Source: Mytilus edulis
Lineage: Eukaryota
Direction: 5' to 3'
Assembly (NCBI RefSeq): GCF_963676685.1
Contig: NC_092349.1
Span: 76,508,001-76,572,000 of the forward strand
Length of the DNA: 64,000 nt
A program made the translations under genes and the position numbers. The notes under the pieces are model-generated. The model did no database searches, was not told the origin of the DNA, and worked only from the letters and a program-made list of their open reading frames with translations. Of this stretch, positions 48,961 to 63,054 are shown piece after piece. Position 1 is the stretch's first letter. Each line of letters starts with the position of its first letter.

Positions 48961-49638
48961 ACAGCCTCATTTATGTCAGAAACGAAAGCAAATATAACTT
49001 ACAAAAAGTTTTCAACCAACGACAACCATCGAATAACAGGTATCTCTTATCTGTGGCGTCTCTGTCTTTCTTAGTGGTTTACATCCGTGTCATTTGTACT
49101 CGTGATATTTGTCAGTTCCAACTTCGAACAGAGAAATGTCAACTTTGAACTTAGAAATAATAACTTACAAATGATTCGTGCTGAGAAATACCAGTAAATT
49201 ACTGAGGATGTCAATTTTAACCATGAGAAACGTCAACTGGAAATGAGGAATGTCTTACTAGTTTGAAATGAGAAATTTCACCAGCATTTACTTTCGTATT
49301 AATGTCATCAAGATTATATCAGATGTAGGGTATGAGTGGACAACATGATCAAAATTTCAAATGTTACGTGAATTGAGCATTGCATCTTTAAATGCGGTTA
49401 AAAGATTAACTCTAAAATATCTAGTAATGTAATGATATAAAAAAAACGTTGAATAAATAATGCTTCTTTTAATACAGAAAAATGATACAAAAAATTGTAC
49501 AAACTCTATTTAAAAGTAATTATGAACATCACTGCTGATGTTTTTCTTATGTCATCTTCAGAAAAATTATAACAAAAAAATCAACAAAGTCAATAGTAAA
49601 CATGGTAAATGTGAACACTGACAATTTTTTTTTATTTA

Positions 49639-52600
49639 TTATTTCATCTTCCATACTTTGATATAATTAATTTGTAAAGCAGCATTTTCTCCATTGTTTA
49701 TCTGTGGACTCCATGTCGGATGCCACAAATGTCTGGCCTGCCAAAAATCTCTAACAGCGAAATCCGACGCGTCACGCCAAGGTTTGGGATATGGCATATT
49801 CATCCACGGGTCTGAAAAAAAAGTAGTTCCACCAACTGCAACATCCAAAACGAGGTAAAACTACAAAAAATAATATTAACGGATTAACTACATGTGACTA
49901 CATCAAAATAGAAAGATGCGTATTTTTAACTTTATACTTTGTTATTATTTGTTTTACGAGTTATAGAATATTTTTTTTTAATTCAGTTTGAAACCAGTTT
50001 AATACTGATAAACTACTCATGTTTACTTTAATAATAATTTAATTTCAATTTAAAATATATCGCCAGACAAAGGTGTCACTATTTCACTACTATTATGCAT
50101 GAATTCAAGACAAAGGTGTTATTTTTCTCTCGATATATGATAAAAATACAATAAGCACCAAAAAAACATTTTCTACAGAACATAACTTTATATGATAGTA
50201 TGCCATTACATATATACCTCCTGATCGAAAGGTGTCATGGTAGATCCTCCAACATTAGCATGCCAAGGGTTTGTCAGTCCTGTTGAGTTCAATTCTCCCA
50301 TTTCCCAAAAACCACCTTGACTTGGTTCACTTTTTAAAATTTCGACACCGTCAACAGAAAAACTTAAAAAAGAAAATATATATCAAAATTGTATGAAATA
50401 ATTTTTAATCTTCTATTTAGCACCATTATAATGTGTAGTCTCTTCGCAATATACATACATATGTGCATTCTTGTAAAAGTGTAAATGCACCAACACACAC
50501 ACACACACACACACACACCACATCTAGAATATCACTTAAAAAACTTTTCAGTTTATAAATAATTTTATTGAACTGACATTACGGTTGCAACACCATTTAC
50601 CTTTAGTTCTCCGCTGTTGTTGTTTTTCTTTGGTAACTGGTGTTTCTTACATTTAGTGGATATTTTAGCATCTTAAAATTTAGGTCTTGTACTTGCATGA
50701 ATAATGACGCTCGGTAATGTATCGTTTGCACAGACATATATATATATGTTTTCATATAAAAAGGTTGCCGTCGTTATTAGTATTATTTACAAATCGAAAT
50801 TTTATGATTAATGTTATTGATAATACCTTATGTGTTTGTCATCCCATTCAATAGAGAATTTATGGAAGTTGTCTGCAAAAGTGCTGGAGGTTAATATCCT
50901 GTAAAACATACATACAGATATGTTTAGAAAGGTGAAAAAATAAGGACACTTTTGCAGCATCCTTCCATCCATCAAGAAACAATAGTTGTGCTTGAAATAT
51001 CCAAGAAAACTAACATCCGAACAGCAGCCGGTTATCGTCAATTGTCATGAATCAAAAGATATACATTGGATCCTTTCAGATTTCAGTCTTCCTGGCAGCT
51101 AGAAGCTAGTATTCCCCAGTTGTAATCATTTGCCACTTGTCACATATGTGTGTATGACTATGTGATTGGTAGTTTTCTGGATTTTAATCATTTATTGTTT
51201 TTTTTTTGCTTTATATTGGTTGTTCAGGGCCGTACGGTGACCTATTGTTGTTAATGTCTGTGTCTTTTTGTCTCTTGTGGGAAGTTGTCTTTTTTTGCAT
51301 TATACCTCATCTTCTTATGTTTATATTATGAATAGCTATTGCATTTAGACACGTCATCTTCGGGTATGTGTTAACAAGTGATAAGTACTTTCCCCTCAAA
51401 TGGTTTACATCTAGGTCACAGCCTTTTGATTATCTTTCAACTTTCTTTTTTTTTTAATAATAGTATTGGAATAAATTTGCAGCAGAAACATTCGTAATAG
51501 AAATACTAAAACACTCACTTCTCAACTGTTGCTTTAGCGGTTTTATCATGTTGTGGACTAGGTCCAAAATGAAGAGAACTTTGAATGCTATCAACAGCTT
51601 TTGTTACTCCATTTGAATCTTTATAATTCATGTTTCCTTTTAAATAAAACAATATAAAGATTCAAACCACACAGTCAAGATTTTCGATTTATAAATTATT
51701 ACTATCAAAACAAAAATACTGATAAAGAAATGTCTTCTGTTTTTTTGATCGCGTTGTAACGTCGCTTTGACACATTCCCCATTTCTATTCTTAATTTTAT
51801 GTTGCTTTAAGACGATTTTTCAACATTCCATAAAGTTTCTTGTTCATCGCCACCTCCCCCATTATTGTTTCAAATTAAAAACAAAAATTTAATAAAATTG
51901 AGAATGGAAATAGGGAATGTGTCAAAGAGACAACTACCCGACCAAAGAGCGGACAACAGCCGAATGCCACAAATGGGTCTTCAATGCAGCGAGAAACTCC
52001 CGCACCCGGAGGCGTGCTTCAGCTGGCCCCTAACCAAAAATGTATACTAGTTCAGTGATAATGGACGTCATACTAAACTCCGAAATTACACAAGAAACTA
52101 AAATTAAAAGCCATACAAGACTAACAAAGACAAGGGGCTCGTTGTTTGTTTTTTTTTGTTTAATTGTTAATGAGATGTAGAATTTCCTTTTTATACTAAA
52201 ATTCCGAATGTTCTACACCACTCAAGCATACATGCATTAAACAAAGGGAGTACTGGAATCGAAAGGAAATGTTGCATTGCAAATTAAATTATTGTGTAAA
52301 ACTAATATATTTGTTTACATGTATATGTGCAACTGTTAATAAGACTTATATGAAAACTGCAGAGTAGCAACGGAATCAACATTTAGGTATACTAATAATA
52401 ATAAGTTCTCTTGTTTATTGTAGTTTAAGTAACACTATTTTCATCAACTGCTTGCAATCTACCGTTAAAACACATTTTGAAAAAGTACAAAAAAAGTAAA
52501 ATCACAAAACTATAATACTAAACTCCGAGGAAAATTCAAACGGACAGTCTCTAATGAAATGGCAAAATCAAAAGCTGAAACACATCAAACGAATGGACAA

Positions 52601-55600
52601 CAACTGTCATATTCGTGACTTATGAGAACTGAAAAACCACAACTCGACGAGAAAAAGGCAAGTTCACGGACAAACATAAATAAATCAAGGTCACAGCCGA
52701 AAATAAAAACAAAAAAGACAAGGTCACGACCAAAAAGAGAAGTAGACATACAACAACCTACAAAACATGACACAGATAACACAGATAACTGGAGATTGTT
52801 TGTCAGGAATCGCACCAAAACAAGAGTAGAGTAGAGCTATGGTGATCTGGAAGCGTTATCAGTTTCCACTGTAACACTTCTAGTAGACTTTTTATCGTAA
52901 AAACCTGTCTTTTAGTTGCATTCGGTGATGCCACCATCGAGGAAATTAAGTTACTTATATAAAATGAAAACAAATGTAAGTCCTATGTATTTTATCCTCC
53001 TTATTCGCAAACAGTTTTTTAATATTAAAATAGTTCAGATATACTTAGACATTTTAAAAATCAGTTGCAGTTTAAATTGGTACTGTTAATGTTATTACTA
53101 TCAGTGGGTCAATATCTCTTCTACAAGACTATTAGTCCCAAAGGGTATCACCTGCCCAAAAACAGTATTTCGGTACTAGCATGACAATGCAGATATTGTG
53201 TACAATGTTTTTAAATTTTGAATTCAGATACTATAAATATTTCAACACTTATAATTTGTAAATCTTTAACACATAGATATGTATCGTATCTCCCTCGTGA
53301 TTCCCTGTCCTGGTTTGGCTTTATTCTCGGTTCTTTTTTGCTTTTATCAATTTTTCAACTTTTATATAAGTTTGAGGATAAATTTGCCCGAGAAGTTCTG
53401 AACTGAAATTTATTGTCGCCAAAAGTAATGATAACAGATACGGAACTCAATACAGGAAGACCGTTATCAATTGGCAAAATCGAATGCTTAAACACATCAA
53501 ACGAATATATAACAACTGTCATATTCCTGACTTGGTACAGGCATTTACTTATGTATTAAATGGTGCAGTAAAATTGGTACCATTAATGCTATTATAAAAG
53601 TGAAAAACATTCAACAAGGTACATCAACTGACCTCTTGTCTCTACTATATCCATTTCACCCGACGCAGGCCATCTGCCATAGGAACTCCACTTCGGCAAC
53701 ATCTTGATCGCTGTTTGAAAATGTATAATGATACTAATTATAACCATCAATTTAATACAATTTATTTATTGCATATTGCATGAGAACACATGAACATTGA
53801 ATGGTTATTAGTCAATTGTTAGATATTGTTTTTTCCGATTTCTGATTCTTTTGATTTCATTAATTGTTTTTCACATGTAACTTACCATGAGCCATATGCT
53901 TGATATCCATAAAGTTACGATTAAAATGTAAATAAAAGACTTTTTGTAAGACGTCACCTTATGATAATGTATGATCTGTAGTAATTAAATCTTGCATTAT
54001 ATTTACCAGGCCATATCCAGTCTCCTTTTGGCATTTTGGCCTCGACTTCAACTTTCCCATACTTAAAGCTAAATCCTCTTTTACTACGTAAACGAGCCGA
54101 CTGAATTGGATTTATTGGATGAGCAACACTTCCGGTCCTCTTACATCCGGAATATGCATTACTGGTACATTCTTCATCATTAAATCCACCTAAAATATAG
54201 ATAAAATCAACAAGAATGTGTCCAAAGTACACGGATGCCCCACTCGCATTATCATTTTCCATGTTCAATGGACCGTGAAATTGGGTAAAAAATCTAATTT
54301 GGCCTTAAAAGTAAAAAGATCAACTAATAGAACATGTGTACTAAGTTTCAAGTTGATTGGACTTTAACTTCATCAAAAACTACCTTGACCTAAAACTTTA
54401 ACCTGAAACTCACACTTTTAATTTCTATGTTCAGTGGACCATGAAGCTAGGGTCAAAGTCTAATTTGGTTTAAAAATAAGAAAGATCATATCATAAGGAA
54501 CATGTGTACTAAGTTTCAAGTTGATTGGACTTCAGCTTCATCAAAAACTACCTTGACCAAAAACTTTAACCTGAAACTGACACTTTTAATTTCTATGTTC
54601 AGTGGACCATGAAAGTGGTGTGAAAAGTCTAATTTTGTTTTAAAATAAGAAAGGTCATATCATAAGGAACATGTGTATGAAGTTTCAAGTTGATTGGACT
54701 TCAGCTTCATCAAAAACTACCTTAACCAAAAACTTTAACCTGAAGTGGGACGAACGGACGGACGGACGCACAGACGGACGGACGCACAGAGGCACATACC
54801 AGAAAACAGAATGCCCCTCTACTATTGTAGGTGGGGCATAATAAAAAGAATCAAAATAGACAGAGCTTTCAATCAATTACAAAGGCATCTGCAATGAATA
54901 ACAATAAAAAAAAAAATTGTAGTACTGTGTTTGTAGATGCAAAACAAATGTTTTAAAATGTTATTCTTGAATTCAAAAGTTTAACTTTTTGTATAAACTT
55001 TCAAAAGAGTAATATAAAAAGTATATTGTGCAATATAAATATATGCACGTCAACAAATATCACTACGTTACCCCAAAGATCCAATGTTCCGGATGTCAGA
55101 AAACTCTCCCCGTAATGGTCAGAGGTCAAAGTCTGAAATTAAATTCACGGATTTACCGACACCTACCTAATAAAGTGATGTTAAAACATAAAAAAAATAT
55201 TTTCAACTATGAAATTAGAAATATGACTGTAAAGCAATTAATGTAGTGGTAGAAAAAATATTGATATAGCTATAAAATGCATAAGATAACCCATAGATAT
55301 AATAGCAATCTATGGATAGCCATACTCCTAAAGACACAAAAATAACAGAGCGAGCTACTATACAAACACAGTCTTTAAATATTTAGCTTTTTCTGCTCAC
55401 ATTTTAATTCTTTCCTATGACGTTGACAACCCGTTAATCTTTAACTTCTTCCACCAAACATTTTGTTTTAGTTTCTGATTGTAATTTTTACCTTATTTTT
55501 AGTTTCCTGGTCCTAGAATTAGTTTTAGTGTCCTTGATCAAACCTTTTTTTCAGTTTCAGATTGTGATTATTTCTTTTTTTAGGTGTTAATCTTTTTGAT

Positions 55601-56548
55601 GATTCGTTTGTCCTTTATTTGTCTATTTCATGTACGTTCATTCTCAAGTTGCTTTGCTTTGATGTTCTACAGATTGCTATTTAATTTTACGTGTCGTTAA
55701 TATTTTTTAGTCTTTCTTGTAGATATGTGTAACAACTTAGGGATATCTAGTTGGTAACTTACTGGCTTAATATACAAGATACCGTTCCTGACATAGCTGT
55801 TAGTCCTGTTGTTTGTGTAGTATTGAAATTCTGAATCCTACAATACGTCAAATTTGACAGAATATGTTGTAATATGGAAGCAACTATCAATTAAATGTAA
55901 CGGTGACAAATATATCATAATTGAGACAACAATCATACGACACAAAACGTGTATAAGTCGTCTAGAGATTCGCAAATGGTCTCTTCATTTATTAGGCAGT
56001 TGGTTTTCTCGGTTGAATTGTTTTACATCTTGTTATACTTTTTTATTAGCTTATTATACTTTTGTTAACATAATACCGAACTTACAGTTGCTTACATCCA
56101 CGCCCTGCTGCCTCATAGGCAACCAAACAACATTTTATTGTTTTTTTGTATTATTTATACGCAGTTATGTTAATCTCCATAAGTTTTAAACGATTCCATC
56201 GTAATCTAACTGTGACGTCATTGCGGTCGTTTCTATTGGTTGTCGTCACATTTAATAAGTTCTGTTAGGAGCAAACCGATAAGAAAATCAAATTTAGAAA
56301 AAAATACTGACGAGGTAAGTACTCACCCTATTACCACCAGCTGTTATTTCATGTTCCCAAACACAGTGGTTCAAACTATCAAACTCGTCATCAAATATCA
56401 GACAAGGATATTGTTGACAATTGTAATCTACATAAAGTATTATTTATTAAATGTTAGTACGGAATAGTATACTATAATAACAACTAAACCAAAATAATTA
56501 GCAAACAAAACAAAAAGTCATCATCATCAAGATATTATTGAGCCGCAC

Positions 56549-56582
<34 letters not shown>

Positions 56583-59500
56583 TGAAATGACGTATAAATG
56601 CAGTGTCTTGTACCTCCTTAATTTGTCTTTGAAACAATTTATTTCCACAGAAATCGCCATTTTTTTTAGAAAATAACCCAATTCGGAAGCCGTTATCGAT
56701 CCGTGGCTTATACGCTTTCGCGCATACTCAGTCGACGTACTGCCCTCGAAATTTAAAATCACTTTGTATCAACACTTGCCCCATTGTACCGCAATTTCGC
56801 GGGCATCGTCTAGTAAATATAAATGAGAAGGAAGTATCTATGGAACAGTTGATTCTTCAATATATAATACATTGAGTTCAATGAACTTCAAATCATTTGT
56901 TCTATCAATTGTATGTAACAACATGGTTTTCTTTTATTTGTTTGAATACGACTTCAATAATTAGTATGTACATTTATTGTAAGACATACCTTTATTACAA
57001 CAAGACCCCTTGTTTATAGTTCCAACATGTAATCCGTTAGCCGTACCAGTTCCATTTTGAACGTTTGAGGTCATGTTGTTTGAACCTGTATTCGAAGTTG
57101 ATACTGATGTACTATTTGAACTTCCCTTCATATTTCCATGTGAAGAATTTCCAGACATATGATTTGAAGAATTTCCAGACATATGATTTGAAGAATTTCC
57201 AGACATATGATTCGAAGAATTTCCAGACATATAATTTGAAGAATTTCCAGACATATGATTTGGAGAATGAGTAGAATATCCAAAAGCACTGTGTCCACTT
57301 GAGTTATTATTTGAGCTATTTGAATTTGGTACAATAGTTGTATTGCTAGATGATACCGATGGCGTAGAGTATGATGCGTTTGTCCCTCCGATTAAAACTG
57401 TGCTGTTGTGACTTCCTGATATCGTTGTAATGTTGGAACCAGGAACGAAGGGCTTCGTGGCAGATGTTGTCAAGGCGTTAGTGGTAGGGGCGTTTGATGA
57501 GGTTGATATTACAGTTGATGTTGATGCTAAGTGTGTAGTTGATGATATGGTTGTTGATGGTACGGTTATCGTTGTTGGTACAGTTGAAGTTGTTGACATT
57601 CCAACCATTGCTGTAAAAATTTAATTTATCTATGATTGAACACACCATTAGGCGGTAGAGTTTTAGGAAAACAACATAGTTTTGTCAAATTTAAAATATA
57701 ATCTATTGGAAAATTAAACAAGATGTGAAATACTATAAAAGATTGTTGAACATTTATATTGTGAATATATAGTGATATTTATCTTTTTATGATGATGGGT
57801 TTCAATTGTCTTCTTAGTTTAAATAAGAAGTTATTATTCCATTAAATGATTTTGATAGAAATATAATCCTAATCTTACTTAACTGTAACAGCTACCTCTG
57901 ACGTTAATTTTATTGGTTTAATAATTAGATTCTATATATTTTTATAAAAGCCAACAGCTTGCTAATCAAGATACTGTCAGTTTTGAATGCACATAGCAAA
58001 ATGATATACAAATATATTTTTATTTATAGTAATTGATATAAAATATATATGCAAGACTCAAATCTATGGTGGGTTCCAAATATATGGCAGATTCCTAATC
58101 TATGGCGTCATGCAATCTCAAATCTATGGCAGATTTTGTACAACCTAATCTATGGCAGATTTGTTACGACCTAATCTATGGCAAGTTTTGTAATTTTCTA
58201 ATCTATGGCGGATTTATTTTGTTTCCAAATCTATGGTAAAGTTTGTGTTAATAGAAAACAATGCAATACATTTTCGACTAATGATGGGCTTAAGCAAGTG
58301 GAAATATATGGGAGCATGTCTATAAACATTTGTGAAATAAACATTTCATAATGTTCAACCAAAACAAAAATCCCGTTATACTATATAAAAAACTAAGTAT
58401 TTTATTATCCCAGGAATAGATTACCTTAGCCGTATTTAACCAAACTTTTTGAAATTTTGGGTCATTAATGCTCTTCAACTTAGTTCTTGTTTGGCTTAAA
58501 AACTATTTTGATCTGAGCGTCACTGATGAGTCTTATGTAGACGAAACGCGCGTGACGCGTCTGGCATATTAAATTATAATCCTGGTACCTTTGATAACTA
58601 TAAATTCATATACCTTAATACAGACTTCAGGATTAAAATGATGTCCCTGTAAAAAGAAAATATCTGTGCAAGGTACCTGTTTAACCCATTCATTAAACCA
58701 ACTAATAAGTTCTTTAACAAACAAGCAGGCAGCTTTTTAAACAAAAAAATATAATAAAAAAGTACCAAATAAAAATGAACAGTTTAGATTTTCAAATAAT
58801 ATTTATTTCAGCAATATCGTTAACACATCTTTTTTAATTAATGACAATTTTATCTTTTACTTTATAAACTGTGCCAGCTGAAGACAGTAAACAGTAATTA
58901 CTAAAACTCTCTTTTTCTAAAATATGTGGTACTAAAAATAGCGGTGCCCTTATTTATCGCGGGCATCGTCCGGTACAGCACATTTTGTCCCTCTTTGGGA
59001 TAATAGGTTACATCTTCCTTTAAACCACCCGCAAATTGTTATCAGTGAAATACCTTCATCTTGAATGGTGATGAAATCAATGGGTTTCGCCATCGTTAGC
59101 GGCGGCGAAGATGTAATATGGCGTTATTCAATTGTGACGTTATATGTTATTTTCCCCTCAGATCTGGCATAGATTTGGAGAAAACATAAATCTGCCATAT
59201 ATTTGAGTTGTTTGGCGTTTGTAACGTCACATTTGCCATGGATTAGGAATCTGCCATATATTTGAAACCCGCCATAGATTTGAGTCCTACATATATTTAT
59301 GTTATATAACATTTGTAAAATTCTTACGCCCAAGAGTAATAGTCTGTCCTGTTAATGTTTCTCCTAGTGAATGTTTCTCTCCCCATACCCAGTAATTAAT
59401 AACATCTCCTTGTTTGGCAGCAACAGGAAAAGTATATTCCCAATGATCACCTAAATATTTGAAGAAGAAAATACAATAAAGAGTAAAATCACAAAAATAC

Positions 59501-61558
59501 CGAACTCCGATGAAAATTCAGAACTGAAAGTCCATAATCCAAAAACCCAAACACAACAAACGAATGGACAACAACTGTCATAAATGGAAAGTTTATGACT
59601 ATGAATTTGGTAGTAGACACTAATTTCAGTTTTACACTTGTTCCATATGTTAATGAGGGAACAGTGTTTGTTGATAAGCAATACATTGTGTTTACCTTAT
59701 TTTAATCTAATCACTAAAATAAATAAACATGTTATTCTGAATCGAAAAGATTTTTTTTTCCTTTTACAGTACTATTGCCTGATTTTTCAGAACATGTTTC
59801 ATTTGTAGATACTTTAAAGTAAAAAAAAGTAAAAAAGATAAAGAAAAGTTACCATTAATTTTCTACTTTTCAATTGTAAAAAGATACAAACTTAAACAAA
59901 GAACTGGAAACTATTATTATTTGATATTCGAAATATCAAGATGGTTAAGTAATCTCATCGCTGGCAATGACGGTTATTAGTAATACGATAATTAGTTTTA
60001 TAATTTGATTTTCTTCTTGAGTAGTTCGGTCATAAACATTAGCTTGACTGACCTTTTGATGTTATTTTTAGCCATGGCGTTGTCAGTTTGTTTTAGATTT
60101 ATGAGTTTGACTATCCCTTTGGTATCTTTCGTCCCTCTTTTACAGCATACAGAAAACGTTTCATATATATTTTATCAATTTTTACCTGATTTGTCATAAC
60201 CAAAGAAATCGTGTGTATTTTCTCCAGCTTCAATGCCAGTTATCGGTTTGTTGATATTGAAATGTATTGCACTTCTGTCGTAACCTTGGACTGCAAGTTA
60301 AAAAAATATGACAAGATTACAATATATTAATATTCTTATAAAGAATTTTGATAATGTGTTAAATAGTTTTCATAAAACTTGTAACAGTGCACAGTGTGTG
60401 ATAAGTGCAAAACTTACCACACATACCAGACTTATCGAATTATATTGATACAATAGCAGTTATTTTAAACGATGCTTAGCAATTATTTCCCATCATTCAT
60501 GTACTGTACTGTTAAGTTAAACTAGACATAGTGATGTGCCCACAGTCGACTCTGAGGTCGCTGTATAATATAAAAGTCAATGCAGGATCTTTTGAGATAT
60601 CATTGTGTCTAGGAGACACAATTGATGCCCCAGCAAATGCAAAGTGTTATTTTAAAATAACTATAACATTTAACCGCTTATACCCCAAAAGTGACATAGT
60701 TCAACTATCTCCCGAAAGAGCAAATATAAATAAAAATTAAAACCCTGACTACATGCACACCTTCAATATATGTATAAATAGCCAGATAAATTAAAACTTC
60801 CTAGGATTCAAACTGGAGAAGAAGTTATGCGGAATAACTATATGCCCATAATGGGACGGACGGTCGGAAGGACTGAGAGACGGACGGACGGACGGACAGA
60901 CAGGGGTAAAACAATATGAACCCCCTACTTTCAGTTGCGGAGGCATGAAAACATTTTCATTCTTTATTTTCCTGTTTGAATTATTTAACACTAGTAATGT
61001 TTGGTCTCTTTCTAGCTTGCAGTTCCGTGTGAGTCCATGCTTTTGTGTTGAAGACTGTACTTGCACCTCTAATTGATAATATTGTATGGATTGCGACTCG
61101 AATGGAGAGTTGTCTCATTGGCTCCCTATTTATATAGGCGACATGATATTGATATTTGCATATGATTCGATTATTTGTTTTATTTGTACGATTTTACGGA
61201 ATGCAGTTTTGGAATTTTTGTTACTTTAAAATGCCAATCGGTAATAGTGTTTTACAAAAAAATTATGTATCTGCAAGGGCACAAACTGGTATCTCTTTGA
61301 TCTAACGGCCCAGCATATACTGAAGGGGATTTGATTAAAAGGTGATAAGAAAGTTATATTCAAATCTTACCCCAAAAAAATCAATAAGCTCAATCTTAGC
61401 AAACTTCAATGCTAAATTTAGACATAAAAGATGTTAAACATACCTGGTATTGATACTTTGATTCCGTTGGGGACGAGCTGGAATGTAGTTGATCCTAGTC
61501 CTCCAGTTATATGTACAATACTCAAAAAGATAACTAATGAACCTACAGTTACCACCAT
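49639..61558 (-). CDS. Beta-1,3-glucan recognition protein / beta-1,3-glucanase (signal peptide, CBM39-like domain, Ser/Thr/Asn linker, GH16), ~672 aa, 13 coding exons
   Basis: Exons 61558-61444, 60290-60186, 59450-59328, 57610-56990, 56427-56327, 55837-55763, 55132-55072, 54189-54007, 53710-53633, 51636-51519, 50898-50827, 50362-50218, 49860-49639; GT..AG, 2019 nt open. Motifs [103 protein letters not shown]. Confidence 0.92.
50494..50518. repeat. (CA)n microsatellite
   Basis: Read directly; intronic. Confidence 0.95.
54209..54843 (+). mobile_element. Helentron/HINE (DINE-1/pearl-like) element with three ~167-bp tandem cores
   Basis: Cores start near 54255, 54422, 54590; (GGAC)n tract 54748-54785; terminal hairpin ATGCCCCTCTAC...GTAGGTGGGGCAT; A-rich flanks. 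Confidence 0.75.
57141..57260 (-). repeat. Coding 24-bp tandem repeat x5 (N-H/Y-MSGNSS)
   Basis: GAAGAATTTCCAGACATATGATTT units inside the linker exon. Confidence 0.93.
58050..59291. mobile_element. Non-autonomous TIR element with TG(T/C)A termini and 4-bp TATA TSD (Ginger-like)
   Basis: ~55-bp TIRs TGCAAGACTCAAATCTATGGTGGGTTCCAAATATATGGCAGATTCCTAATC / GATTAGGAATCTGCCATATATTTGAAACCCGCCATAGATTTGAGTCCTACA; subterminal AATCTATGGC repeats. Confidence 0.8.
58519..58565 (+). ncRNA. Type I hammerhead ribozyme (Penelope-repeat-associated type)
   Basis: GUCA-CUGAUGA-GUCU(UAUGU)AGAC-GAAA-CGCG(CGUGA)CGCG-UC-UGGC; complete core; predicted cut after C58561. Confidence 0.85.
60610..60950 (+). repeat. Degenerate HINE-like element
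   Basis: (GGAC)n tract 60854-60903 followed by a short imperfect terminal hairpin CCCCCTACTTTCAGTTGCGGAGG. Confidence 0.55.
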
Positions 61559-63054
61559 CTAAAAAAGGAAAAAGTAATAAGATATGTAATAGTAGTATAA
61601 TCTTGATTGTACTGTCGTAGATAAAATTGATCTATATACCTATAACGATGCAAGGTTCTACGACTGTAATGCTTGAAATACAATTATAACCAAAAAACCG
61701 AACTCCAAGCGAAATTCAAGAAGATGAAATCCATTGACATAAACCAAACCTAGACATTATGGACCATCGAAACGAATGGAACATATCTGATCAAAACATA
61801 TATATCTTAATAACTCGCGTGCTGGTATATCATATGAAGATGACACAATCACATATGTTTATTTTTAATAGATTAAAATCTGTCATATTCAAGACTTTAC
61901 AGACATTTTCTGTAGAATCATAGAATAAAATATGTTAAAAATATGTTCTCTTGTCGCAATTGCGACACGATATTATGTGACTTATCGCCGACTGTATACT
62001 TGCAAAGATGTACATATAACACACATATCCTTTATTGAATTCATACCTGGAATAATGGAAAATGGTAAAAACTAATTTTACTCTTTTTTCATGTTATGTT
62101 ACATTGTTTTGTTTTTTTGCGTCACCATTAACATTTCGCCCGACAAAACTATATTTAACTTCACCCAAAAAGATCGTTATGTTGGAATTGATGTTAATTG
62201 TCAATGTATAAACTGTTAAAGAAGTAGGGAGTGTTTATCTCGGTCTTATCATATAGTTATATTAGTTTTGCAGGTAACGTAAGGCATCGTTGTGAATTTA
62301 ATATATTTTGATAAATCCCACGTTTGTCCTTTCTATGGTTTAACCTTGGTTTTTGTTGTTATTTTTTACAAAGAGAACATTCGTGCCTTTTGATTGTCTA
62401 TTTGTGTTTTCGTCTTTGATAATGCGATTTCGATTGCTTAGAAACTGCCAACTCAATTGACTTTTTTGGTCGAAAGCACATTTGGTCAGTTTTGATGATT
62501 AATATCAAAACCGTCTGTTTGTATTCCAGATGGTACAGATTATTTATGCTTGAAGAAGACTTGTTCTTGTTTTATTAAACGAAGACTTTAATAAAATGTC
62601 GATACTGACAAGAATTATAACTTATATTTCTTTAATTATCCTTTGTTAAATAAGAAATAAGTTAGAAACTATGTTCTATTTCCATGAGCAAAGTTGGCTT
62701 ATGACAGGGTAATTTGGCTATTTGCTAGATTTTCCTTTTTGTCATATTGTTCCTAAATAGTTCAACTATTCATACATTCTTGGCTACCAAATTTTAAAAT
62801 GCAACGTTCCTTATGTGATGCAGGTGAATCCAAAAAATGCTATTCAGGTTTATAAAATGTTAGTTTTCTTGATTCCTATTTTACAAACATAAATGTCTAT
62901 GCCTGACTAAAGCCAAATTCCTAATAAACAGTTGCCGATTTCATCTGATGTTTATAATTTTGCTCAAATTTTATTTGCTAATTACCTTGTTCTTTTGAAT
63001 TCATAGGCCGAATGTCTGGTGATTTTGATTCCCGACTTTGTTAGGTTGAGAACA

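Noticed and set aside
47447-49074. Long 390-480-aa ORFs on both strands as real genes
   Set aside because: Produced by a stop-free 33-bp minisatellite; open in all frames, with frameshifting indels and little unique coding flank.
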